Source: Clostridiales bacterium (GTDB taxonomy: Bacteria > Bacillota > Clostridia > Oscillospirales > CAG-272). Taken from it: a stretch of 64,000 bases of DNA. Positions 1 through 8,298 of this stretch are shown piece by piece (the stretch's first letter is position 1; the number at the start of each line of letters is the position of its first letter). The notes under the pieces were generated by a model. That model did not search any database. It was given only the letters and a program-made list of their open reading frames with translations, and was not told where the DNA came from. The stretch covers positions 4,945 to 68,944 of the forward strand of contig DPGD01000042.1 in the NCBI GenBank assembly GCA_003522145.1, written 5' to 3'. Made by a program: the position numbers and the translations under genes.

Positions 1-157
1 CGGCTGGAATACCGGCATTTTTTGATGCGATCTTGGTCGGTTTTGCCTTCGATTTTGTCGGAATTCAGGTGAATTCTGGGGCACAAGGACGGCTTTCCGC
101 TGTCAAAACCAAGGCTCAAGGAGATGTAAAAAGCTCGGTCAGCGTTTTTACACCTCC
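1..157 (+). repeat. Family-R multi-hairpin intergenic repeat, long variant; 5-prime end cut by the window edge
   Basis: Aligns with the copies at 16752, 20705 and 25022 and with the reverse complements of 38415 and 50977. Shared blocks are CCGGCATTTTTTGA, GATCTTGGTCGGTTTTGCC and GAATTCAGGTGAAT, an internal hairpin GACGGC..GCTGTC, and the terminal hairpin GGAGATGTAAAAAGC...GCGTTTTTACACCTCC at 120-157. Confidence 0.85.
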
Positions 158-162
158 GTTCA

Positions 163-200
163 GAACGAAACCAAGCCTCTTCCGAAAGAAAGAGGCTTGG
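163..200 (-). terminator. Rho-independent terminator of the alcohol dehydrogenase gene
   Basis: The minus strand reads CCAAGCCTCTT-TCTTTCGG-AAGAGGCTTGG followed by TTTCGTTCT, about 11 nt after the stop at 212. Confidence 0.7.
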
Positions 201-211
201 GAAAATGAAGA

Positions 212-1375
212 TTAAAGAGATTCTTCCAGTATTTTCAGAATATCGGCTTCGGAGAGAGGGCTCCAGGCATGCTCCAAGCCTTCGTTCACGGCGATGTGAT
301 GTGCCATTTCACCCAAGCGGGATTGGTCAATGCCCACCTCCCGCAGATGCATGGGCATACCGAAGGATTCAAAGAGGGCATAGGTCTTTTCGATGGTTTT
401 TTCCGCCAGCTCCATAGGAGGAAGGGAGGAATCCAGACCGAAAACCAAAGTGCCGAAGGACACGAAGCGTTCCACCGTGCGTTCGTTTAAAATATGCTTC
501 ATCCAACGGGGAGTCAGAATGGCGAGCCCTTCCCCGTGAGTGATGTCATAATAGGCGCTCAGAGCGTGCTCCATCCCATGACAGGGCCAACCGGAATAAC
601 GGTTGCCAATCGAGAGAATACCGTTGCAGGCAAGGGAGCAGTCCACCATGAATTCTCCTCTTGCATCATAGTTGTCCGGTTCTTTCAGTGCGCTATGGGC
701 GGTTTTAATCAGACTTCTGATGGCAGAGGCGCACATTCCGTCGGCAAGATCGGAATGTTCCCCGCAGAAGAACTGCTCCATGATATGATTGATGGCATCA
801 GCGGCTCCGGCGGCCGTCTGCTTCTTGGAAACAGAGAAGGTATATTGCGGGTCCAGAATGGACACAGCCGGATAGAGATGCTCGTCTATATACCCCACCT
901 TATCATTGGTCTCGGTGCGGGAAATGACGCAGGCGCTGTCGTATTCCGAACCGGTGGCGGCAAGAGTCAGCACATCGACCATAGGAAGAGCCTTTTGCGC
1001 CTTCACCTTGTAGGTGATCAGATCCCAGGGCTCCCCTTCATAGAGGGCTCCTGCGCAAATGGCCTTAGAGCAGTCCAACACGCTTCCGCCGCCCACTGCC
1101 AGAACCACATTGATCTTCTGCTCTTTGCAGATCTTCACGCCGCTTAAAACGCTGGTGGTGTATTTCGGGTTGGGCTCGATTCCCGGCAGTTCAAAGACTT
1201 CAAAGCCTTCAAGGAGCTTCCGGATCCGGTCGTAAAGGCCGATTTTTTTGATGCTTCCTCCGCCATAGGTCAGAAGGACCTTTTTCCCGAAGGGAGCCAA
1301 AGCCTCCGGCAGATTTTTGATGGCCTCCTTGCCGAAAATCAGCTTTGTGGGGGTACAATAGGTAAAGTTCACCAT
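212..1375 (-). CDS. Iron-containing (group III) alcohol dehydrogenase, butanol-dehydrogenase-like
   Basis: N-terminus MVNFTYCTPTKLIFGKEAI, GGGSVLDCSKAI motif and metal-site histidines in HGMEHALSAYYDITHGEGLA. The ORF runs to 1444, but the internal Met at 1375 matches family N-termini. Confidence 0.9.
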   Translation of the reverse strand: MVNFTYCTPTKLIFGKEAIKNLPEALAPFGKKVLLTYGGGSIKKIGLYDRIRKLLEGFEVFELPGIEPNPKYTTSVLSGVKICKEQKINVVLAVGGGSVLDCSKAICAGALYEGEPWDLITYKVKAQKALPMVDVLTLAATGSEYDSACVISRTETNDKVGYIDEHLYPAVSILDPQYTFSVSKKQTAAGAADAINHIMEQFFCGEHSDLADGMCASAIRSLIKTAHSALKEPDNYDARGEFMVDCSLACNGILSIGNRYSGWPCHGMEHALSAYYDITHGEGLAILTPRWMKHILNERTVERFVSFGTLVFGLDSSLPPMELAEKTIEKTYALFESFGMPMHLREVGIDQSRLGEMAHHIAVNEGLEHAWSPLSEADILKILEESL

Positions 1376-1557
1376 ACGGTCTACGCCTTTCTTTCTATAA
1401 ATTTTATTTTGGACATTTCTGAAAATTCCCCGCACATCCGGCACCGGCGTTTCAACCGCAGAACCTTATCGCAAAAACCTGAATTACCAAAAGTACGCCT
1501 GTGTTTTTGCTTCTCGTTCTTCGGCACAACCGCTGGCGCCGCACATACTATGAAGGT

Positions 1558-2127
1558 TCAGAGATCCCCATTTCGTTTTTTGCCGTCGGAAAATGCCTTG
1601 CCGACGATTTCGCCCAGCGCTACATACTGATTGTTGAAAGGGTCAAAGGTCAGTGGGCGAAGCCTTTGAACATCCACCCTGCCGTTTTCATCCAGAACTC
1701 TTTCGTCCACACTCACATTGACGATTTCTCCCACCAACCGGCAGGAGGAGGGATCGTAGCTGATCAATCGACATTCTACGGAAATGGGCAGCTCTTCGAT
1801 CACCGGTGCGTCAACGAATGGGGAAGGCAGTGCGTGAAAGCCGGCTCTTTCAAATTTATCGGGAACCGTGTTACCGGAAACGATGCCCACATAATCGCAG
1901 GAAACAAGATGGGGCACATCTGCAATGTTTACGGTGAATGCGCCGCTTTCTTCAATGCTTTTGGTGGTCTTGTGTCCCGCACTGATACAAAGAGACAGTT
2001 CTCGGTCATTACTGATGCCGCCCCAAGCGGCGTTCATTGCACAGGGCGTCCGGTCTTTGCTGTAGGCCGCGAGAATGAATACGGGCTGGGGATAAGTGTA
2101 GGGCTTCGCACCGAAATTTTTTCTCAC
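1558..2127 (-). CDS. Flavin reductase-like (FMN-binding split-barrel) protein
   Basis: 189-aa ORF with PVFILAAYSKDRTPCAMNAAWGGIS and GNTVPDKFERAGF, typical of this family. GTG start at 2127 with AGGAGG 8 nt upstream. Confidence 0.8.
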   Translation of the reverse strand: MRKNFGAKPYTYPQPVFILAAYSKDRTPCAMNAAWGGISNDRELSLCISAGHKTTKSIEESGAFTVNIADVPHLVSCDYVGIVSGNTVPDKFERAGFHALPSPFVDAPVIEELPISVECRLISYDPSSCRLVGEIVNVSVDERVLDENGRVDVQRLRPLTFDPFNNQYVALGEIVGKAFSDGKKRNGDL

Positions 2128-2401
2128 TTCCGATTCCTCCTGTTTTATAATCGATTTCGGAAAGGTTCATGAGGGAAGAATTTCCCTCTTTGTGTATCAC
2201 CCTTATTATACAACGAAAGGGCACCCGGAAGTCAAGTGATTTTTGAAAAATAGTTTCCTGTATGTGGTGAAAAAATTGACAGGGCGGAATTCCAAGGTTC
2301 TTTCCAAGCAAAACGGAGCGCGCCGGATGGACACGAAAAATTTGCCGGAGTTTAAGAAGCAGAAACACCGGGAGTGTTGAAAAGCGGCACTCCCCGAAAA
2401 A

Positions 2402-2440
2402 GGAGGTGTAAAAAACTCTGACCGAGTTCTTTACACCTCC
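2402..2440 (-). terminator. Solo family-R terminal hairpin serving as terminator of the DUF368 gene
   Basis: GGAGGTGTAAAAAAC..loop..GTTCTTTACACCTCC. On the minus strand the stem is followed by TTTTTCGGGG, 44 nt after the stop at 2484. Confidence 0.7.
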
Positions 2441-2483
2441 TTGAAAAAATCGGATATCAGTCTTGAAGAAGGCCTTTGGACGG

Positions 2484-3353
2484 TTATTTCTGCCGTTTTT
2501 TCCGGACCAGGATTTTGGACAGCTCAAAGAGGGCGATGAACAGTCCGCCCAAGAGGAAAAACCAGATGCTGAAGGAAGAGAAGTCCAATATCGGTTGGGG
2601 CGTATCCAATTTGGAAGGCCCGATCCAGATGGAGTGCATCGAGCCGAGCATCATGCCGAGAATCGCATAGATCGTGGGGCAACGGTGCTTGTTCAGCAGA
2701 AAGCGCACGCCCTTCACCACCACCAGAATTCCGATGACTGCGCCCAAGCCCATGGAGAGAAGGAAGGGAACCACCGAAAAATCCAGATGCGCCAAAGAGG
2801 AAAGGGAATTGTAAAATTTTTCGTAAAGACCGAAAATATAGAGAAAGGCGGCGCCGGAAACGCCGGGCATAATCAAGGCGCAGGAAACGAAGATTCCGGC
2901 GGGGAAGGCCAAAACGATCTGTGCCCACTGGGAGGAGGCGTTGAAAATTCCGGATTCGGAAAGGAGCGTCAGACCAACAATTGCCGCAACACCGGGAAGG
3001 ATCCAGAGTGCTTCCTTGAATTTTCCCTTCAGCGTCCCGAACTCTTCCTTCACGATGAGGGGAACCGAAAAGAGCGTCACGCCCAAGAACAGCGAGCTGA
3101 CCGGATAAATGTGTTCGGCAAAAAAGCGTTTGATGAGGAAGGTTGCCAGAGCCAGCCCCAGAAGATAGCCTCCGACCAGGCGGAGCAGAAAAAAGAAGGA
3201 TTTCTTTTTCTGTGTGCTTTTTTTGGAAAGAAAGGTGTTGACCGAATTGAGCATTTCGTCAAAAAAGCCCATAAGGAAGGCAATCGTTCCTCCCGAAACC
3301 CCCGGCACACTGCCGCCAAGGGACATGAGAAGTCCGCCGATGAATTCAAGCAT
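2484..3353 (-). CDS. DUF368 family polytopic membrane protein (PopT-type polyprenyl-phosphate transporter family)
   Basis: 289 aa, hydrophobic throughout, with the duplicated signature SVPGVSGGTIAFLMG and IMPGVSGAAFLYIFG. Confidence 0.85.
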   Translation of the reverse strand: MLEFIGGLLMSLGGSVPGVSGGTIAFLMGFFDEMLNSVNTFLSKKSTQKKKSFFFLLRLVGGYLLGLALATFLIKRFFAEHIYPVSSLFLGVTLFSVPLIVKEEFGTLKGKFKEALWILPGVAAIVGLTLLSESGIFNASSQWAQIVLAFPAGIFVSCALIMPGVSGAAFLYIFGLYEKFYNSLSSLAHLDFSVVPFLLSMGLGAVIGILVVVKGVRFLLNKHRCPTIYAILGMMLGSMHSIWIGPSKLDTPQPILDFSSFSIWFFLLGGLFIALFELSKILVRKKRQK

Positions 3354-3421
3354 TTTCAGATGTTCTCCTTTTCAATGATTTTTTTAAAGAATCCGGTAGG
3401 GAAAAACGACGGGCGGACCGG

Positions 3422-5131
3422 TTATCCGATTTTGAAATCAAAAACCTGATTTTCCACCGTTCCAACCGTTTCCAGACCGATCACCTCGTTTTTGGTCAGC
3501 GCACTGTTGGAAAGGAAGGCGGCATGACAGAGGATTCCGACATCGGTCACATTCAGAGAACGCACTCCGGCATTGTAGAACGCGCCCATTCCGACCTCCT
3601 GCACGCCGGTCAGATCCACGACGCCCAGGGAGGTGCGTCCGAAGGCGCTCTCGGAGATGATTTCAAACGGCCGGAAGTTCACATTTTTGACCCCGCTGTA
3701 GGCAAAGGCGGAAATGCGCACCACCCGCAGTTCCGGGGACAAGGGAATATCCTCAACCTTGGTGTTGGAAAAAGCCTTACCGCCCACATCGGTAAATACG
3801 CCTTCAAAATGGAGTGTCTTGAAGGAGGAGCATCCCGAAAAGGCCGCTTCGCCTACCCTTACGGTGTCGGCAAGCAGAGTCAGCTCTTCTAAGGAGCTGT
3901 CTAAGAAGGCGTTCAGAAAAATATCCTTACAGGTAGAGGGAAGAGTGACCTTCCGAATATTCTTGTTTTCCTTGAAGCATTCCTTGTCAATGCCTACCAC
4001 GGTGTAGGAGCCGATCTTTTCGGGCACATTCACTTCTGCAGAAACGCCTCTGTATTTGGTGATCCTTGCGGTGTTGTCGGTGTAGATGCTGTAGGTAAAG
4101 TCTCCCGAAACCTGTCCCCTTTTGGTGCAATAGGGCATTTTGGAGGCCTTATCCGTGTATTGATAGCGTATATTCAGGGTGGCATAGCCCATATCGGTGA
4201 GCAGGTGCCTGTAAAGAGACAGTTGCTGTGCCTGCGCTCTGCTTCCCATGAACACAATGTGGGTCAGATTGCTGAACTGGTTTTCATTTACCTCAAACTG
4301 AACGACCGAAGAGGGAACCCGCATGGTAATCAGCTGCTCGGAGGCAAAGCTTCCGGAGCCGATTGTCCGGACGCTTGCGGGAATTTCCAAGAAGAACAGT
4401 CTGTTGTGGGTAAAATTGTCCTTGCCGACCGTTTCGATCCCGTAGGAAAGATTCAGGGTCTTCAGGCTCCAGCCGTCAAAGGCATGATCTCCGATGTGGC
4501 GCACCGAGGAGGAAATGCTGATGGTTTCGGCATCCTTCAGAATCCGGAAGGCGTTGTCGCCGATGGAGGTGATCCCGTTGTAGACCACAATGCTGTGTAC
4601 GGCCTTATTGTAGCCGGAAAAATAACTTTCCTCATCCGCCGGAAAGTCCGGGATCACGCCGATACCGGAAACCGCCAGTTCTCCGTTGTCATACAGCTTC
4701 CACACCACCTGACTGTTTTCATACTGTCCGCTGATGACAAGGGAAGGCTCCGCCTTTTCGCAGTAGATGCACTTCCGGTCCTTGTATTGATGGCCGTAGG
4801 CAGGGATGATCTTTCCGGTGCTTTCAAGAATGGCTCCGCAGTCGGTGCATTTCAGCCGATTCTCATAGCCGTCGGTGGTGCAGGTGGCATTCACTTTGGC
4901 TACTCCCTCGGTGTGGGGATGAGTACACCAGTCCGCCACAGGTGTCGGAAGCTCGGTGCCAGAAGTATCCGGTGACACAGAGGGCGTGTCGGAAGGAGGA
5001 CCGGAGGGACTTGTCTGAGCGTTCGGATCCTTTGTCGCATTCTGGGCGCAGGAGGTGAAAAGAAGGGTCAGCGCAAGAAAAAATGCGGTGCCCCAAGCCC
5101 ATGCTCTCCGAAAAGAATGATTGTTTTTCAT
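3422..5131 (-). CDS. Surface lipoprotein with BspA-type leucine-rich repeats
   Basis: Signal peptide plus lipobox (LTLLFTSC), S/T/P-rich linker, Cys-rich CT..C / C.YC segment, then many ~23-aa repeats of the ..I.IP.SV..IG..AF type (SIGDNAF, TIGSGSF, VGEAAFSGC, ISAFAYS). Confidence 0.8.
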   Translation of the reverse strand: MKNNHSFRRAWAWGTAFFLALTLLFTSCAQNATKDPNAQTSPSGPPSDTPSVSPDTSGTELPTPVADWCTHPHTEGVAKVNATCTTDGYENRLKCTDCGAILESTGKIIPAYGHQYKDRKCIYCEKAEPSLVISGQYENSQVVWKLYDNGELAVSGIGVIPDFPADEESYFSGYNKAVHSIVVYNGITSIGDNAFRILKDAETISISSSVRHIGDHAFDGWSLKTLNLSYGIETVGKDNFTHNRLFFLEIPASVRTIGSGSFASEQLITMRVPSSVVQFEVNENQFSNLTHIVFMGSRAQAQQLSLYRHLLTDMGYATLNIRYQYTDKASKMPYCTKRGQVSGDFTYSIYTDNTARITKYRGVSAEVNVPEKIGSYTVVGIDKECFKENKNIRKVTLPSTCKDIFLNAFLDSSLEELTLLADTVRVGEAAFSGCSSFKTLHFEGVFTDVGGKAFSNTKVEDIPLSPELRVVRISAFAYSGVKNVNFRPFEIISESAFGRTSLGVVDLTGVQEVGMGAFYNAGVRSLNVTDVGILCHAAFLSNSALTKNEVIGLETVGTVENQVFDFKIG

Positions 5132-5384
5132 AAAACATACCTGCTTTTTATAAAAAAGTATTTTTACTCCTGAAAAAAGTCTGCTCCCGAAAGACGGTTC
5201 CGTAAGACCCTCCGATTATACCATAGATTCTTCCTTTTGTCAAATTGTGCAAAAGAGCGCTCTGCCCCTTCTTTGTACAGCCGCTTTTGGGGCCTTTTGC
5301 AGTTTTTGTCGGGAGATTCCTGCAGATTCGCCCAAGCCGGAGAACACCGACTTTCAGGCAGAATACAGAAAAAGAGCCGGAAAA

Positions 5385-5420
5385 AATAAAATAAAAAAAG
5401 AAAAGCCGCCGAAGCGACCT
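5385..5420 (-). terminator. Terminator downstream of tRNA-Thr
   Basis: The minus strand reads AGGTCGC-TTCG-GCGGCTT followed by TTCTTTTTTTATTTTATTTTTT. Confidence 0.55.
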
Positions 5421-5430
5421 TTCCTTTTGC

Positions 5431-5506
<76 letters not shown>

Positions 5507-5523
5507 GCCCCGACGCAAGCAGT

Positions 5524-5552
5524 ATTATAGCAAGTTCCCGTTCTTTTGTCAA
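5524..5552 (-). promoter_or_regulatory. Sigma-A type promoter of tRNA-Thr
   Basis: The minus strand has TTGACA, a 17-nt spacer and TATAAT, ending about 17 nt upstream of the tRNA 5-prime end. Confidence 0.75.
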
Positions 5553-5634
5553 GGGGTATTTCAAAAAAATTTAAAAAAACCGGAAATGCGGTGGAAGAGA
5601 CTGTTTGCAGGGGATGCTTGTTCTCCGATACTCA

Positions 5635-6351
5635 TCATTTCTTTTGGAGTACGATCGAAATGAAATTCAGATAGTTTCCGCCGCCTGCCTCCATGGACTT
5701 CCGATCGCCCACAGCGTATTCATTTTCCTGCTTGAGCCAGTCGGCCCAGACCTCCTCGTTGCTCTCCATTTCCTTGACGGAAAGAACCTTTGCTCCCTTG
5801 CACTTGCCCACCGTCCTGCTCCAGTATTCCGTATCGTGCATATAGTCCATCTGCTCCGGCGTCCAGGAAAGCAAAAGCTCTTGGGGCAAATGGTCGTGAC
5901 AGTCTTTTTTCATGCCGGGAATGGCAATGTAAATAAAACCGCCGCTTTTGACGAAGGGCAGGAGCTTGCCGTCCAGATAGCGCTCGTCTCTTCCGAAGTA
6001 GTTATAGGAGTCCACACTGACAACGGCATCAAAAAAGTCTTTTTCAAAGGGCAGGTCGGAGGCATCGGCCTTGACGGGAATGATCTGTTCCTGCTTCAAT
6101 CCCATAGCGTCAAAGAATTTCCGGTTTTCCCGGGGATCGCTCCACAAATCTGCGGCATATACGGTGAAGCCGTATTCCTTGGCTAAAAAGACGCTGGTCA
6201 GTCCTTCGCCGCTTCCTAAATCGCAAACAACCGCTTTTTCCGGGATGCGGTGGTTCAAAAGCAATTCTTCTTCCAGCTTTACGGGATTGGGCCCCATCAT
6301 TTTTTTCTGCAGGGCAGGGGTGTTGTATTTTTCACTTCGGATATACTTCAT
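5635..6351 (-). CDS. Class I SAM-dependent methyltransferase
   Basis: Motif I VVCDLGSGEGLTSVFLA. Start MKYIRSEKY is preceded by GAAGGAGAA. The gene lies 20 nt downstream of the TetR gene, so it is probably co-transcribed. Confidence 0.8.
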   Translation of the reverse strand: MKYIRSEKYNTPALQKKMMGPNPVKLEEELLLNHRIPEKAVVCDLGSGEGLTSVFLAKEYGFTVYAADLWSDPRENRKFFDAMGLKQEQIIPVKADASDLPFEKDFFDAVVSVDSYNYFGRDERYLDGKLLPFVKSGGFIYIAIPGMKKDCHDHLPQELLLSWTPEQMDYMHDTEYWSRTVGKCKGAKVLSVKEMESNEEVWADWLKQENEYAVGDRKSMEAGGGNYLNFISIVLQKK

Positions 6352-6371
6352 TTTCGGTTCTCCTTCTCTTT

Positions 6372-6992
6372 TTAAAAACGATCCCCGGCGTTGTTGCGGA
6401 AAAAACATTCAATATGCTGATTCAGCAATCGGCCGAGAGTCTCTTTCTCCTTTGACGAATCGGATATACTCACCAGCAAATAGAGCGGAGCATAAAATTC
6501 AAGGGCAAGCTGTCGGGGATTTGCCTCCTTGAGAAGCCCCTTTTGCATCATTTGGACGAAGATGTCTTCCATATACGCCACCGGGCCGGCGGTCAGGCAA
6601 TTGCGGTACAACTCCGCCATCTCGGCGTTGCGGTACTGCTCTAAAGTCAGCATTTTCCGGAAATCGGAGGCGAAGCGGTCCCGGGACCAGAACTCGAACT
6701 GAGAAATCGTATATTTTTTGATGCTTTCAATGGACACCCTCCGATAGTCCTCCGGCCCTGCCTCGTAGGTTTCCTTCGGAACTTCATATTCTCCGGCCCT
6801 TTGGGCGTCGATCTGGTACATGCGCTCCACGATGCTGTCAAAAACAGCACGCTTGTTCCTGTAATGTTTATACAGCGCTCCTTTGGTGATGCCCAGCTCT
6901 GCGGCAATCCTACTGACCGAAACGGCCTCATAGCCGTCTCTTGCAAACAGGCGCAGGGCGGTTTGCAGGATGGTTTCTTTGGTATCGGACAT
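6372..6992 (-). CDS. TetR/AcrR family transcriptional regulator
   Basis: N-terminal HTH TILQTALRLFARDGYEAVSVSRIAAELGITKGALYKHYRNKRAVF. The Met at 6992 follows GAGGA. The longer ORF to 7271 has no family-like sequence. Confidence 0.9.
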   Translation of the reverse strand: MSDTKETILQTALRLFARDGYEAVSVSRIAAELGITKGALYKHYRNKRAVFDSIVERMYQIDAQRAGEYEVPKETYEAGPEDYRRVSIESIKKYTISQFEFWSRDRFASDFRKMLTLEQYRNAEMAELYRNCLTAGPVAYMEDIFVQMMQKGLLKEANPRQLALEFYAPLYLLVSISDSSKEKETLGRLLNQHIECFFRNNAGDRF

Positions 6993-7009
6993 TCCGGAAT
7001 CCTCACTTG

Positions 7010-7058
7010 GTGAACGATCGTTTACTAACAGTATAGTGAACGGTCGTTTACTTGTCAA
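7010..7058 (-). promoter_or_regulatory. TetR-operon promoter with two copies of a 16-bp palindromic operator
   Basis: The minus strand reads TTGACA-[aGTAAACGACCGTTCAC]-TATACT-gtta-[GTAAACGATCGTTCAC]. One palindrome fills the 17-nt spacer and the second lies 4 nt downstream of the -10, over the predicted start site. Sites are at 7036-7051 and 7010-7025. Confidence 0.75.
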
Positions 7059-7120
7059 GAGGATTTTGGAAAAAAGCAGGCAGAATTTATAAATTTTTTC
7101 GGTCGTTCCGGAAAACATCG

Positions 7121-7157
7121 AACCGGCGGCAGAGCTTTGACCCTCTGCCGCCGGTTT
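7121..7157 (-). terminator. Hairpin terminator after the HprK-like gene
   Basis: AACCGGCGGCAGAG-loop-CTCTGCCGCCGGTT, a 14-bp perfect stem. The U-tract on the minus strand is weak. Confidence 0.55.
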
Positions 7158-7314
7158 TGTATGCGGGAAGTATTCTTTTTGGCGTGGAATAAATGCTTTG
7201 ATGTTTTCCCTTCTTCCTGTCCGTTCCAAAGGTGTTTTGGAGCAGTGCCCCTCTTGTTCACGGGGAATCAAAGAGCGTATTCCTCTTCAAAGAGAACCTT
7301 GTTGAAAAAGGAAC

Positions 7315-8043
7315 TCAGATTTGGGTGCCGGTCAGGGTGCGGAAAGACAGTTCGGCGGCTTCTTCTGAAATGTTGCAGGAAAGAAGATACAGAGGCGCCG
7401 AGAAGAGCAGTCGGTCGGTCAGCTTCAGCATTCCGGTCAGAAGTGCGGGCTCCTTGGGAAAAAGAATCTGTTGCAATGCTCTGGAAGAGCCTTCTTCAGG
7501 TGTCAGCCGACGGATGCGGTTCTGCGGGCTTTGCTCCAGAAAACAGATGCCCCGAAGCTCCCCGGAAATGTTGTTCTGCCAGCCTTCCTTTCCCGCCCAG
7601 GGGGTGCCGTATACCCGGAAGGTTCCCTCTTGAGTCAGCCGTAAAATGGGCTTGTCGCCGTTGATGACGGCCAGTTCTTTGCCGAAACGGCGCATCCACA
7701 AGCGAAGGTGGGTGGATTTGCCGGTACCGCTGGGGGCAGAGAAGATGTAGGCGCTGTCTCCCTGTTTCACAGCGGCGGAATGAAAGAGAAAGGCGTTGTA
7801 GCGGGGAAGCTCCAGACAGATTTTTCTATAAAGACAGACACTTTCACAATAGCCCATCAAGTCCGGGATCGTGTTTTTCAGTTCTTCGGTGCATTTGGAA
7901 AGCTCCTCTGCCAGCTCTTTTTCGCCTGCCGAAACGGTGAATACGGGTGCTTCGGAAGAGAAATAGTCCGCACATTGCTTCCGGACGAATGCGTAGCGAT
8001 GGTCAATGCCGATGGGGACTCCGGCAAGAAGAATGGAGAACAT
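7315..8043 (-). CDS. Uncharacterized P-loop protein resembling the HPr kinase/phosphorylase C-terminal domain
   Basis: 242 aa with Walker A in FSAPSGTGKSTHLRLW, followed by INGDKPILR and YGTPWAGKEG. No HprK N-terminal domain and no partner genes nearby. Confidence 0.6.
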   Translation of the reverse strand: MFSILLAGVPIGIDHRYAFVRKQCADYFSSEAPVFTVSAGEKELAEELSKCTEELKNTIPDLMGYCESVCLYRKICLELPRYNAFLFHSAAVKQGDSAYIFSAPSGTGKSTHLRLWMRRFGKELAVINGDKPILRLTQEGTFRVYGTPWAGKEGWQNNISGELRGICFLEQSPQNRIRRLTPEEGSSRALQQILFPKEPALLTGMLKLTDRLLFSAPLYLLSCNISEEAAELSFRTLTGTQI

Positions 8044-8126
8044 ACAGATTTCTTCCTTTCAAAATGAGATTCAACGAGAGTATACCATATTTTTTAGCAT
8101 TTGTCACCGGAAATTCGGATTTTTTC

Positions 8127-8155
8127 TTGCTTTTCCAAAAAAAAGAGGGTATAAT
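8127..8155 (+). promoter_or_regulatory. Candidate birA promoter
   Basis: TTGCTT, a 17-nt spacer and TATAAT. Implies a leader of roughly 137 nt before the birA ATG. Confidence 0.55.
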
Positions 8156-8201
8156 TCAAGGGAAGAGGGCTTTCCGGCAGGGGAAAAGAGTCCTTCTTCG
8201 G

Positions 8202-8289
8202 AAAAGGCCGGAATATCCGGCGGAAAAACCGGAACACACGGTGGGAAAGAAGCCGGAACAACGGCGGAAAGGGCCGCAGGGGGTCTTGG
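8202..8289 (+). repeat. Imperfect tandem repeat of about 21-24 nt (3-4 units) in the birA leader
   Basis: Units are AAAAGGCCGGAATATCCGGCGG, AAAAACCGGAACACACGGTGGG and AAAGAAGCCGGAACAACGGCGG, plus a degenerate AAAGGGCCGCAGGGGGTCTTGG. The CCGGAA cores are at 8208, 8229 and 8253. Confidence 0.6.
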
Positions 8290-8298
8290 GAGGCAACA

